NCBI GenBank assembly: GCA_964035545.1
Contig: OZ037768.1
Coordinates: 4,992,741-5,056,740, forward strand
From: Bugula neritina
Lineage: Eukaryota > Animalia > Bryozoa
DNA length: 64,000 nucleotides
Direction of reading: 5' to 3'
The translations under genes and the position numbers were made by a program. Every line of letters starts with the position of its first letter. Within the stretch, counting starts at the first letter, position 1. Of this stretch, positions 25,701 through 38,082 are shown piece after piece. The notes under the pieces were generated by a model. The model saw nothing but the letters and a program-made list of their open reading frames with translations, made no database searches and was not told the DNA's origin.

Positions 25701-28700
25701 ATAACAATTCCTCTAGTTGTACAACTAATTCTCAAACATCTCTTCACAAGCATGATGAGACAATCCCTTCTTTCAGCGCATTTTCAACTCAAGTTAAAAA
25801 CTCTGAGTGTTCACCGCCAACAGATGTGATAAATCAAGACTGTGTTCCCGAACCTGTCAGAGCCTGCTCACCACTGCACCAGCAGGTAATGTATCTAGTG
25901 TTTGTTATACAACAACCTTTTTGTGAGGATGTGAGTCTAGCTCCATATTTAATTTTATACAAAGCTAAAAGTGCAGTGTGCTTCAATTACCACCACAACA
26001 AACTGAATTGTTAGAGTAGTGCCAAGGGAGCCAGTTTGATTACCTCACATCTATTCAACCTGCGAAGGAGTCTCATGCTTCCAATATGCTGATTCATCTG
26101 CTATAATTGTTTTACAGACACCTTTGAGGGTCATGGTTTGCTTAAATGTAAATATGTTGTGTTGTCATGGCTTTTCAGGTCTCGTACAAAGCTGTCTGCA
26201 TACAGTATTGAAAGTTGAGCAACTGGAAAAAAGTGTCCCACTGCGCTCTTTAAACAAATTGATAATATTTGAATATAGCTTGTTTAGCTAGCAACACAAT
26301 AATTGATGCACATGCCTGCAGTTTAGTTGTTCCTGTCGACTCATTATTGTATTCTGTGAAGTAATAATAACTATTGTCTCTGTGGTTTAATTACTCCGAG
26401 GGGAAAAAATTCAACATTCGATTTCTATTTCAACAGTTTACATTTCTTTGTGAAAATATGTTTAAACTACAACATCCTCTATGTATTGGCAAATTCCAAT
26501 GTTGGAGTAGCTAATGAATGCACATGTGCCGGATTATGACAGTCTAGCAAAGGAACATGTGGGCTTTCAACTAGTTTATCAGTCCTTGGCTCCACCTGGC
26601 CATATTCAAAGTCTTCTACAGGTGCAAGGCCACGTGATCCTTTTAATTTATGTTCTGCTTCTGTGAGCATATTGGAGCTGAAATTATTAATTAATTGATT
26701 CCATTTAATCTGTTCCCTTATAAAGAAAAACTTTCATTACTTGTATAAGTTTGAAATACATTTTATGTATGTAATGATTATAGGGTTCTTTAACTGATGA
26801 TGTACCCACCACAGTCATTGACGTTCTCAATCTGGATTCACACCCCAGCCCTCTCAAAAGGTACCGAATCAAGCAGCAACTGGTCATACCAGAGAGTAAC
26901 AATAATGGTGGTGTACAGATGCTTTCACCAAAGGAGCCCAGGACATTAGGCAGTCTAATGCAGGCCTCTCCTCCCCCAGATATAACTGATAATGCATGTA
27001 ATACTCAACTGGTTGGGCCTATAAAGAAAAGGATAATAAGCTTCAGTCAGATTGATGCCGATGTCCAGGAGGAAAGGGCTGCACCCCAAAGTAAATGTTT
27101 TAAAGAAACAGCTGACCTCACAGTACAGATACCAGCTTCCAGTGTGGTAGAACGTATGTTACCTAAATGCCATGAGCAAAATGAACTTCAAAGATCTGTA
27201 AGTCTGATAGAGCGTACCAGCTACAGTGACTGCAATGCTGATGAGAATTACGGTGTTGAGCAAGTGCAGATTTCAGTTAAGCAGGAACCTGGTGGTAGTG
27301 GTGAATATGCACCAGCTACACCTCCTCAAAGGAAAAAGGTATGCATTCGCTGCCTAATTTAAACCCTATTGCAACTTAATAAATATACATTTTTAATAAT
27401 TTAATGATAAGCTGAATTGAATAATCCTACCAGATCTTTGGGTATACTACAGTAGCTATATTTGGATTAGAGGTAGCTTTGCATTTTCTAATTAATTTGC
27501 TAACTACCATCTGTGAATTATTGGTAACATTTCCCTTGTCCAAAATTATGTATATGGTATTAATTAATAATCATAATCTTGGGGATAAAGCAGTTAACTG
27601 CCTGTGCAAGCGTGAGAATGATTATTAACGTTAAACCCGTAACCACACTCACACCTGAATATATAATCATTTATGGAAAATTAATTTAAATTCTTGATTT
27701 TCTTTCAAATAATTTTATCTAGTCATGCTTGTTAATTTCATCAGGCTATGTGGCAATAAGCTTACTTTGAGATTGTCTATTTTTTCTATTTAAAATTATC
27801 TTACCCTGCTCAATTTTTAAAACCTTTGTTTATTCTGGTGTTTGCCTATTTATTTGCTTACTTTAGAAATTATAACTTTTAATGACTTTCCTCTGCTAAT
27901 GCGAAGTGTTTTATGTTGTGTATTTAATGCTTACAGGTTTCCCTGCTGGAATACAGGAAAAGAATGCAAATACACACTCCAAAATCTGATAGTTCCAGCA
28001 CATCAACCAGTGCACCAACAACCCCTCTCTTGCACACTGACATGACAGCAAAGCCTCTTCAGCACATTACTCTACCTTCACTACCACTCTTTGAGGCATC
28101 CAAAGGTATTATCATTTTGATCAAGTGCATCGATGCTTATATCCCTCGCACAGTATTTCACATTTAGCAATGCCAATTGCACGCTGACTTGTATGCTTTG
28201 ATTGGTAGTGAGTAAAGGGAATCTGGTGTTGGGCCACCCTATAAGGCCTCCCATCAGCCTCAATGAACGATTGAAGACAGAGTTTGGTGTGCTGACAGAC
28301 AGTGCAGGTAGACAGCATCCTCTCTCTACTTGATGAATGCATTTTGCACACTGCTACCTACATAGTGTTGCTGTATATTGTTTTGTTGCCTGTTGCCAAT
28401 AATGTTGCTTCCAAGAGATTAGTATTTCATTTGATATTAGTTGCTTGTTTGGTTTCTGCAATGTTCAGGAAGGTATTGGTTGCTTGCAGGTGTATGTGTG
28501 ACACCATGGTCATTACTTCTTCATATATAACACAGCATTAATAAATAATGTTATTAGTTGATTTGAATATATAATGAGAAGTCTTTATAGCGTGTATCAT
28601 ATCTATCATTAGTGCCTTCAATCCGGATTTATTTACTTCACTAGAAACTTTGCATCAGTTAATCACATATTAACGGCATTAATATTTTAGATAAAACTGA

Positions 28701-30094
28701 CAGCGACGATGATGCCCCACCACCACCGCCACCTCCCATAACCCAAGCTCCTATTTCCAGCCTCCTCTCACCGTACACTGCCCGGATGTCAAAAATGGTG
28801 TCAGAAGATATGAAACATAACTTTTCCGTCAAGAATTTGCCTCCCAGCATTGGAAATATAAATAAGATATTTGAAAATGGTGAGAAACTATACTCAGATC
28901 TGTATTATATCAAAACAATGGACATAGTTGTTGGTGCTTACAACTATCACTGTGTCTTTCCAATATGACAATACAATACTGCATTGTCTAGACTCTAGAC
29001 TGTAAGTTGCTACTCTGTGTTAGGAATAACTGATCACTCTGCCAATAACTATTAATCTATTTTTTAAATCAACTCACTTTTCAGGCTAATTTGCTTATTG
29101 TGCTTCTAAATGTTTTATTGCTTTACTATGTCCAGGTGAGCAATTATTTCAGCTACACACAAGTTCCATGTGTTATAGTTATTAACGTAATATTACATAA
29201 TGGATATTAATTTAATGAATGTAGCAGTCTGTTTCTACAGTATATAGCAAACTTGTTTGCTGAGCAGTAATAAGTGGAAAAGGTTAACATATCAACAAAA
29301 AGCTGCTCAAGATGTTTGCATGAATGCATGTTGTAGGAAGCTGCATAGGTTAGCCTTTCAGTAAATGATCAATGAATGCATTGTTAGCTGATTTTCTGAA
29401 ACAATAGAAGACTTTAAATACTGAGACAACCACCTCATTTATAGTTAAATTATTAGATACAGACAACCCTGGTGTTTTCCTCCAATAAAAGTTGTGCCAC
29501 ATGTTTTATAAAAAACTATGCTTCAGTCATTCTTAGATAAATTAAATAATAAATCCCAGTTGTTACTATTTCATAGCTCATGTGTTACGCACCATGCTTT
29601 TAAATGTGATTGTTGTATTAGAAGTATGCATCCTTGTTCCAATAGAATTTTGCATCAGCTCTTTGAAATATGAATTCCTAGGTGGGTCAGGCGAACACAG
29701 AGAGCCATGTGCAGGGGAGATAACTGTATCGTCACCTCTACCTGCTGGTTCACGGTCAGCTTCATCTCCCAGTAACAAGACTTTGTTTGCTTTTAAACGT
29801 AAGTAGTTGCACCTTCAGCATATGATCTACATTCAGCATTTTAAAATTTCATGAAAAATACTCCGACATTACAGATAATGTGTCATAATTCAGCAGAAGA
29901 TGTGCTATAAGAAATACTGATTGTAACTTGGGAGTATATCTGTAATATGTATCTCCATTTTAGAGGGCTCTCTAGGAGCTGTGATGCTGGGCCAAACATC
30001 TGGTACTGCAACATTACCTGCTACTGAGCCTATGAAAGAACTCCCTGGCTCCAGGCCTCTCACACAGTTGGACCTGCCCAAAAAATATAGATAA
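16701..30094 (+). CDS. KMT2E: KMT2E (MLL5)/SETD5/UpSET-family PHD + pseudo-SET chromatin protein, about 19 coding exons, about 1426 aa
   Basis: Exons 16701-16786, 17237-17327, 17910-18259, 18755-19100, 19694-19852, 21099-21274, 21982-22099, 22357-22466, 22903-23122, 23862-23948, 24293-24784, 24913-25179, 25367-25885, 26784-27338, 27937-28105, 28209-28307, 28691-28879, 29682-29798, 29964-30094, all in phase. Family motifs: [18 protein letters not shown] (DHNY HCF-1-binding motif), PHD TRCIC...[33 protein letters not shown]...[51 protein letters not shown]. The last exons are less certain. Confidence 0.93.
20045..20086. repeat. 10-bp tandem repeat TTACCATCAC x4
   Basis: Direct inspection; KMT2E intron. 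Confidence 0.9.
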
Positions 30095-31708
30095 ATTTTT
30101 GTTGAGAATTTCTTGATTGCAGTAAGCAGCTGTAAGAAAAAGAATTGAAATAGTTTTACAAGTAATTTCTGGTATCAATTTTATACTATTGAATACATTT
30201 ATATTCTCCAATGCTCTTGCTGTTTCAGCTATTGTTTTATAATTATTGGCTTGTTAATATCAGTTAACACTTCAAGTTGTTGATATGATACTTATTATAG
30301 TGTATATATATATTGTTTATTTTCCCTGTTAATTTTTTTGTATTATTGTGTACTTTATGTAACAAACATTATTGGAAATATTTTTACTTAAATTGTAAAT
30401 AATTTTGTATATTTTAGTAAATATATAAATACTATAAATTAAACGTAAGATAAATGTAGAATGTGCAATGTGTGTTTGGTTAAATGCATTTTACCAGTTA
30501 CTAGAATAAATTATATATTTGTTATGGTACACTGCCATTGCCTTCTAACTAGCTCTTCATGACACATGTACATTTATTTCTATACAAACTGAAGTTCAAT
30601 AAGTTTTTACTTAAAAAAATATGACGACAAGCTATTCATCTGGTGGCAATTACCTAGCAATTCACTTTGCTGTTTCATCACTAACTGCCTAGGAAAGCTA
30701 ATAGTTAGACTGTAATGCCTGTTAGCCAGCTCAAATCATTTCAAGTTGTATTCCCAAAAAAGTTGTCTTATAAATAAAGCTTTGTTCTTTGAAACTTCCT
30801 GTGTTGATTCACTGTAATTAGCATCAAACTGCTGGAGTTAAAAATAGAGTTTAATCATCACCTTTCCATTCCTAAAAATAGCTAGCAAAATGTTCCTAGA
30901 AGCATTCATCCTAAATATGAATCTGTATTTTACCTAGTTTTAAAATTATATTATAAGAATGTATTGCAGTATACACTTGCATACTTTTTTGGCTTAATTA
31001 TGCTGCTACCAATTGGAGCAATTTCAACCTTATACAAACAAGAGTGCTCATTCTAGAAATATTAGCTGCAATATGATCACTGGAAACATTTTTACTTAAA
31101 AATTACAGACTTTCATAGTTGATTTAAAGCAAATATGTGTAAAAGCTATATATTAAGAAACTAGCGACACACCGTTTTACAGAAAATTTGTAAATTAAAT
31201 TAGCAGATTAGGAAGTTTAAAGTTAATTTCAAATGTTGGAGCAGTTAACAAGTAAACACATGGTGTTCAAAATCAATATTTTTAGGTACAAAAATGCCTT
31301 TAAAAGTTTCAACTTCAATGATAATTGATATTTATTTAGATTGTTTTAAACACTTCTAAAACATTTCGTTTTCCACGTATACTGTTTTTTAAAATAAAGT
31401 AGGAAAACATTTTTAAACTTGATAGTTGCATTTTCACACAATATTATAATACCTCTCAAGCTTCATGATTCCATTAACACTTAAAAGTCGTAGGCCTATA
31501 AAGTTAAGCATGGGTTCTAAAGGTGGATTAATAATGTTTACCAATTTCATATTTTCTGATGTTAAGAAACCTTTTTTAATCAGTTACTAAATTATATCTT
31601 GAACATTTATTCAAGCAAATTTTTGTTGCTCATCCAAAATATTGGTGATAAAAATATTGTTATAATTGAAAATTGAGCTGAAGTGATGATTTTATATTCC
31701 TTCAACAA

Positions 31709-31846
31709 ATCACGCGGGTAACAGCTATTACCCGGTGTGACATAATACGTATGTGCGTCGTTGAATGGTTAGTTTTGATTGGCTAACAGATGGGCGGAGC
31801 TTAGTGCCATAAAAACAATAGTTCTCCTCTCAGATGCATCAGTTTA
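31709..31846 (+). promoter_or_regulatory. TATA/Inr core promoter of the CYP gene with CCAAT box and GC box
   Basis: ATTGG 31778-31782, GGGCGGAGC 31792-31800, CATAAAAA 31808-31815 and Inr TCAGTT 31839-31844 at canonical spacing of about 30 bp; dyad element at 31710-31740. Confidence 0.7.
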
Positions 31847-32017
31847 GAAAGAACCACAGTTGTAGAAGCTTTGCTGAAGCAAAGAATAAAAGTTCTGGAT
31901 TATCATTTACCCAGAAAAAGGCTACATCAGGCAGATTTATAAGAATAACTATCTCAAGCTAACTGCTCTACAAACTCTCACACATCTTGGATATAGCATT
32001 TATTACCGAAATACCAG
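31841..32017 (+). other. Non-coding exon 1 of the CYP gene
   Basis: Runs from the Inr to a strong donor CAG|GTAAGG at 32018; the next exon has an acceptor at 33292-33293, upstream of the ATG at 33326. Confidence 0.65.
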
Positions 32018-33325
32018 GTAAGGAAGTTTAAAATTAACTTAAAATTTAGAACCTGCAACATGAGTTTTAAAAAAATTGGTTACTACTGGGTAGGAAAGGT
32101 TTTGGGGTTAATAGGAAGTTAGAAAGCAGCTACTTATACCTTAAACAGGTTAATCAATATGCTGAGTACAAATATGAATGCAATTTAGTCAATCACTGAA
32201 TCAATGCCTGGTGTATTGTTTTAGTGTTTTTATTGTATTGAAGCTTGCATAATGAAAACATACTGACTTTATTGCCACATTGTTTCTCAATCAATGAAAG
32301 GAATACTTGGAATATTTTTATCAGACCATTAATAAATGCTTGTTAGACCATAACTGGTAAATATTCTGTGAACCATACTTGTGGTGCTGAAGTTAGTTTG
32401 TTTAATTCGTAGTCGTTGGATAAATTAGAAATTATTGAAAGTCTCTTTAGTATATCATGATAATTATCTGTTTTGAGGCTAAGCATTCACAGATATCATA
32501 GCCATAAAATACATGTAATAAAGGAGTTTTATGATGTTTACAAATAATTAAAAAATGAATTTTAAGGTAATTAATATGTTTTAATCTAAAGTTTAGTAAA
32601 TATACTATTGATAGTACTATTTTGTTTGCCAGCAAACAAAACGTTTTATGATCTTTTATGTTTGCGATAGCCCAGTTTGGTGAGACATTTCAAAGTTACA
32701 TTTTATGATTATGGCAAACAAGATAATTCAGTTGTTGTGGGACTGACAAAATTGTTCTATGCTGATGTCGTTACTTTAAATAAGCAATAATAGTTTTTAT
32801 TGATAAAGAAAGCAACGGGAAATTAACTACTTGAGCTTAATCTAAAGTAAACTTTTTCTATTACTTTATCAAGATTTTCACTAGCTGAGTCAGCGGAAAT
32901 GCTCTGATGACTTAGAGTCTGTATTTTATACCTAGACTAAAGAATTTAAATACCAATTGACATGATGAGTGTACAGTTCAACATTGTGTCTGTAATTTCA
33001 AGGAAATTTTATTTTATACATAGCTGAGCAACTTTTAAAAACATTTATGGTATTATGGTTATGAAGATAAACAAGTGCATTGTAAATGTTTATCATCCGA
33101 GGCAGCAAAATTGGCAGCATTTAAGAACACTAAAATATAATAAAGCTTTACTGTACCTGGCATACATTTAGTTTATTTTATTCCATTTAAATAATTGAAT
33201 TATTATGGTTATGGTATATATGTATGTACTTACCCAATGTATTTCAATATAATATGTTATAAATATTATAAAATGTTTATGTTTTATTTGTAGGTCAAAC
33301 TTTCATATTTGACTAAAAATTCAAG

Positions 33326-35319
33326 ATGTTATCTTTCATTCTACTAGTAATACTAGTCGTCTGCTTCTGTCTACACAAAACGAAAGGAATTTTATGGGGT
33401 AGAAATAGGTAAGCACCATAATAAAACTAATGAATTTCTGAAAAGTGATGCTGGCAATAATTATAATTATAATAGGAATATGTAAACTTCATTTGCTGTC
33501 TAGCAATAAATTTCTTCTATACATATTATTATATTATAATATTTCAGAAAAGAGGATGAGCCACCTATTGTGCCAGGTCATCCGATTTGGGGTAACGGTC
33601 AGCAATTCAACAATGATTCCATAAAATTTATTCTTGGAGCTCAAAAGAAACTTGGAGACATATTTTCTATTCGTATGCTACATTACTTCATGACAGTGAT
33701 AGCTGATCCACACTGCTTTGATGCATTCAGGTATTAAAGTAATTCATATACTATAATGTTTTTTTTAGCCATTTTATTTGTTATATTTTTGTATCAGAAG
33801 CTATACAGTATAATTTATAACTTTTTAAAATTTTATAGCAAGGAAAGAAGCTTTGATTTTGAGCCAATACAAGAGCAAGTGAATGGCAACATCTTTGGCT
33901 TTAAAATTCCTGAATCCAACAGAATGAGAAAGTTTGTGGGTAAAACTACAAGAGGGTCTGCTGTTCCCAGAAACCTTCATGCTTTTTCCATGCTGCTAGA
34001 AGAATCTTACAGCACTTTAGAGCACGAATCGTCTCTTAGTGAGTGGAACACAGTGAGTCTAGACCGCCTTGCTAACCAAACTCTGTTTAAAACCATTTTC
34101 AACAGTGTGTTTGGTGAAGATAAAGAATCCACAAGTTTCAACTACGAGTCATTCCACAAGCACTTGCAAGTTTTTCACAAGTACTTCAGCTATCTATGGA
34201 TTGGTCTTCCACACTGGATGTTTCCCGAAGCTACCAAAGCTGTTGAGCAGCTTTTCAACCAACCAACACCCTCAGAATTCATGAAGTCCGACTGCACCTC
34301 AGAGTATTTAAAAGCTGCCATTGAGTTTCTGCAAAGTTACAATTTATCAGACAGAGAAATTAAATGTCATAATCTGGTCTTCCTACACATCAACGTCAAT
34401 ACCTTCAAAATAGCAACATGGTGTCTTTACCAATTGATGAGCCACAAAGCAGCAATGTCTTCTGTCAGAGCTGAGATTGAAAGTCTAGTTGAAGCCAACA
34501 AAGAAATGCAGCAAAGTGAGGACAATGTTGTGACAATCTCTGCAAAGGACATAGAAAACCTAGAAACTTTAGGTAAGTAAATTAACAAAAAATTGTGTTC
34601 ATACTTTTTATAATGTATCTTCAACTAATACCAAGTACTAAGAATTACTTTTTTAAAAATGGTGATGTTTAATTGCGCTATTTGTAGCATTAATTTTTGC
34701 TTTTGCTTATAATGTTTTGATTTTTTTCAACAGACAGTCTAGTGATGGAAACTTTCAGAATGTCCAGTGGTGTATTCATGGTCAGACACAATCAAGAAGA
34801 CACAAACTTTACAGTGACATCTACAGGTGAAACATACAGAATAAGAGCTGGTGATAAAGTTATGATGTATCCTCCGGCAATACATAAAGATCCAGAAATC
34901 TTTGAGAATCCAGAGGTGTGTGTAAATAAACTTATAGTTGTTGAAATCTACTTTGCTGATCGTGTTACTATAATCAACTGAGTGTTTTAATTTATATTAA
35001 TATTATTAATTATCTGTTTTAGGAATTTCAATATGATCGATTCATTGGTAAAACTTTCTATAAAAATGGAAAAGCTTTGAAGACTCCAGTTCTACCATTT
35101 GGGTCCATTTGTCCTGGAAGAAGAATCGCCCTTCTGCAGACCAAATGGTACATAGTGTCGATGCTTTACAAATTCGATTTAGAGCTGCTGGAAGGTGAAT
35201 CATGTGACTTTGACACTACCTATCCTGGCCATGAGATTGTTCCAGCAACAAATGATGTTCAAATAAGATTTCGTCATCGTGAGTCATCAACCAAAATTCA
35301 AGTCACTCAGCAATGCTAG
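33326..35319 (+). CDS. Cytochrome P450 of the CYP7/CYP8 clan (sterol 7-alpha-hydroxylase/prostacyclin synthase-like), 492 aa
   Basis: Exons 33326-33408, 33548-33730, 33839-34572, 34734-34915, 35023-35319 in phase. N-terminal TM anchor MLSFILLVILVVCFCL, proline hinge EPPIVPG, GDIFSIR, I-helix ...VNT, ExxR (ETFR), HKDPEIFENPEEFQYDRF, FYKNGK typical of CYP7/8, heme Cys in PFGSICPGR. Confidence 0.92.
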
Positions 35320-37914
35320 TAAACATTCTTAGTCAAAGTCACTTTAGAACTTATTTGGACTTTTAGTATTTCATATTTATTTCTAATTTAATTCATTACT
35401 CTTAGTATCTCTCTTTTATGCAATATATTTATGACAGGTTTTATTGTACACATATCTTAATTTTATTATGCAATTAATCACTAAGTGAAATTTCTTAGCC
35501 TCACTCATTTGGCTAGTCAGTGAAATAACTCTTTTCAAAAAGATTACTCATTCTCCATTTTATTTTTATACTACCTAATTTATTTGCCACACTTATGTAA
35601 TTATTATGTAAATACTTTTTGGGTGAGATGTAAAAGCAGTTGACAATTTATTGTATTCCAACAATTTATTTATTTATAAGATAGCCAATTTCGTCCATTA
35701 ATAATAATTTATCTGTGCATTTAGCCTATTGGTAATTAATTATTTATTATGAAGTGGATAAAATATTTGGCTATAACTTATGCCAACACAGGATTACCTG
35801 CTTCCTATTTATTATTGATATTTTCATGTAGGAATAAATGCAATTACTCTCTCTGTGTGCAAAGAAATAAATGAGAAAATTCTACTACAAAGCATGCTAT
35901 TTTGATTTGATAATTGCAATTTGCAGCTTGATCTAAGCAATTGGATACATCTATGCAGATGTTTTGCATATAATTGCTAGTTCAATTTATTATAATTGAG
36001 CAGCGTGAGGATAACTATTGTCTATCTTAGTTTTTATACAAACTTTAATTATGTCTTAAAGAAAAATGTTTTAATTACCCAGCTGGAATAACAAATTTGT
36101 TTCAGTGATTGACCATGAATAAAAGACATTCCTTCATGAAATCAGCTCTATGTTAGTCATTTAGCTGAACATTCCATTTGTTTGCATTCTGATAGAGAAT
36201 GTCTATTCGAAGAAGGTCCATTTGCTAATGTTAAATCTTGCCAATTATTACTGAATGGTTGGCATGGCAGCTTTGTTTAAATGACTCAGAAACTAACAAA
36301 GTCAACATTATTTAAACCTGTCTACGAATTTTCTTTAGTTGAATTTAGCTATGTGAAAAGTAGGATGATCACAAAATTGCCAGAATAATAAGACTAATAA
36401 ATAATGAGCCCCTTCTTACCAAGGCTTTCAACAACCCTCATCTTCTTGAGAGCATTGTATCTTCTTTTCACTGAATGAAGCTTAAACATTTTCTCAAATA
36501 TAACCAACAGTCATTATCCTGCAAAGCTCCTTAATTATATATTCCATACTAATAATTCAGGAACATTTAGCGGCTATGTTTTAAAATCAGTCTGGAGTTA
36601 CTAAGGCCAGAACAAACTATGACTAACATATTATTTAGGGAAAATCGTCTTGGTAAATATAAATGAAGCAAATCAAAAGTCAATAGCAAGAAACATCTTT
36701 ATAGTTGAAAAGCTATTCTCCAAGTAGGGTTTTGTTTGAAAAAGCTGTTATTTGTCATCAATATTTAGCTTCAACTGCTTCATACACCATAGTTATATTT
36801 ATGTATTTAATTACTCAGACTGCTGTTTCTGCTGCATATTATTCAATACTTCGAGTTACTTGATTTACGATAGAGCTTATAAACATTAGATGTTTTGCTG
36901 GTCTCAACTAGCAAAATATAGTACATTAGAGTCTATGATGATTAAAACAGTAGCCTACATGATTATTTAAGTAAATGCAAAGAATATTCTGATTTATTTA
37001 TGAAATGTGCCACCATATAGCATAAATACAGCATATTCACAATGCTATATTTTAATAACCACCGCTGCATATTCCATACAACTGTCTTAAGTTCTAAGAA
37101 ATAAAGTGAGTATTGAAAAACAGTTTTATATAGTTATTATGTTGCAAAATTCTTTCATAATTACAACATGTTCTGTTTTCATTTTAGCATTCTTTGAAAA
37201 TCAACAAAATTTGACATGAATAGCATCATTTATCATCGTCATCATTGTTCTAATAGCTACTACGTATTACATAGCTAATCATGTATGCACAATGCAGAGC
37301 TGGCTACTTCATAATTATTCAGAAACAGAGCCCTTTTGCAATTAAAAAGAGCACGTAAAAGAAACCCTTTACTCACAGTGTATTGGTTTTACAAGATATC
37401 CCTGCTTCAATTAAAACTACCCTTAAAATTTGTAAATAGTAAATAAACTAATATATATATACATTTCCTGTATTATATTACATAATTAACTAGTTTAGTA
37501 GGTGTATGATATATTAATCACAAATTAAAGTTGAAAATAATTACTTGAAAAGTTGGAGAACTTAACTTGCCACATTATAAGAATAGGATTATAATCAAGA
37601 AGGCCTGCAATAGATAACTGCAGAGTAACCATATCAAAATACAGCAGCTTTTTGCCATATGGGGTGACCACCCAAGTGTGCTAAACATATTATATAAACA
37701 ACTATATCAGTATAACTGCCTTCAGACACTTTCAAACCTGAAGGAGATCCAGGACTAGTATGTGTTCTCAAGTCTAAACCAAAAATAGCCCAAGTACTAT
37801 TTATAATATATTATATCCAAGTTAAACATAAACCAGATTTTATGCATGTATTCTATAATTCAATAAAAAACATCAATTTTCATTGTTGTTAATAAGGCTC
37901 AAGAAATGTATTAC

Positions 37915-38082
37915 CAATGTATGTATACTATATGAAACCCATGTATATAACTATATAGAATCCAAATATATAACTATATAGAATCCATATATATAACTAT
38001 ATAGAACACATGTATATAACTATATAGAATACATGTATACTATATGAAACACATGTATTCTATATGAAACATATGTATACTA
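37915..38082. repeat. Degenerate 20-24-bp tandem repeat (ATGTATATAACTATATAGAA..C)
   Basis: About 7 diverged AT-rich copies between CYP and PRPF19. Confidence 0.8.

Noticed and set aside
24448-25707. Minus-strand ORFs of 70-108 aa within KMT2E
   Set aside because: Antisense shadows of GC-richer coding exons.
36934-36992. C/D box snoRNA-like arrangement (ATGATGA...ATGATTA...CTGA)
   Set aside because: No terminal stem, no recognisable rRNA or snRNA complementarity, intergenic location, and such motifs are expected by chance in AT-rich DNA.
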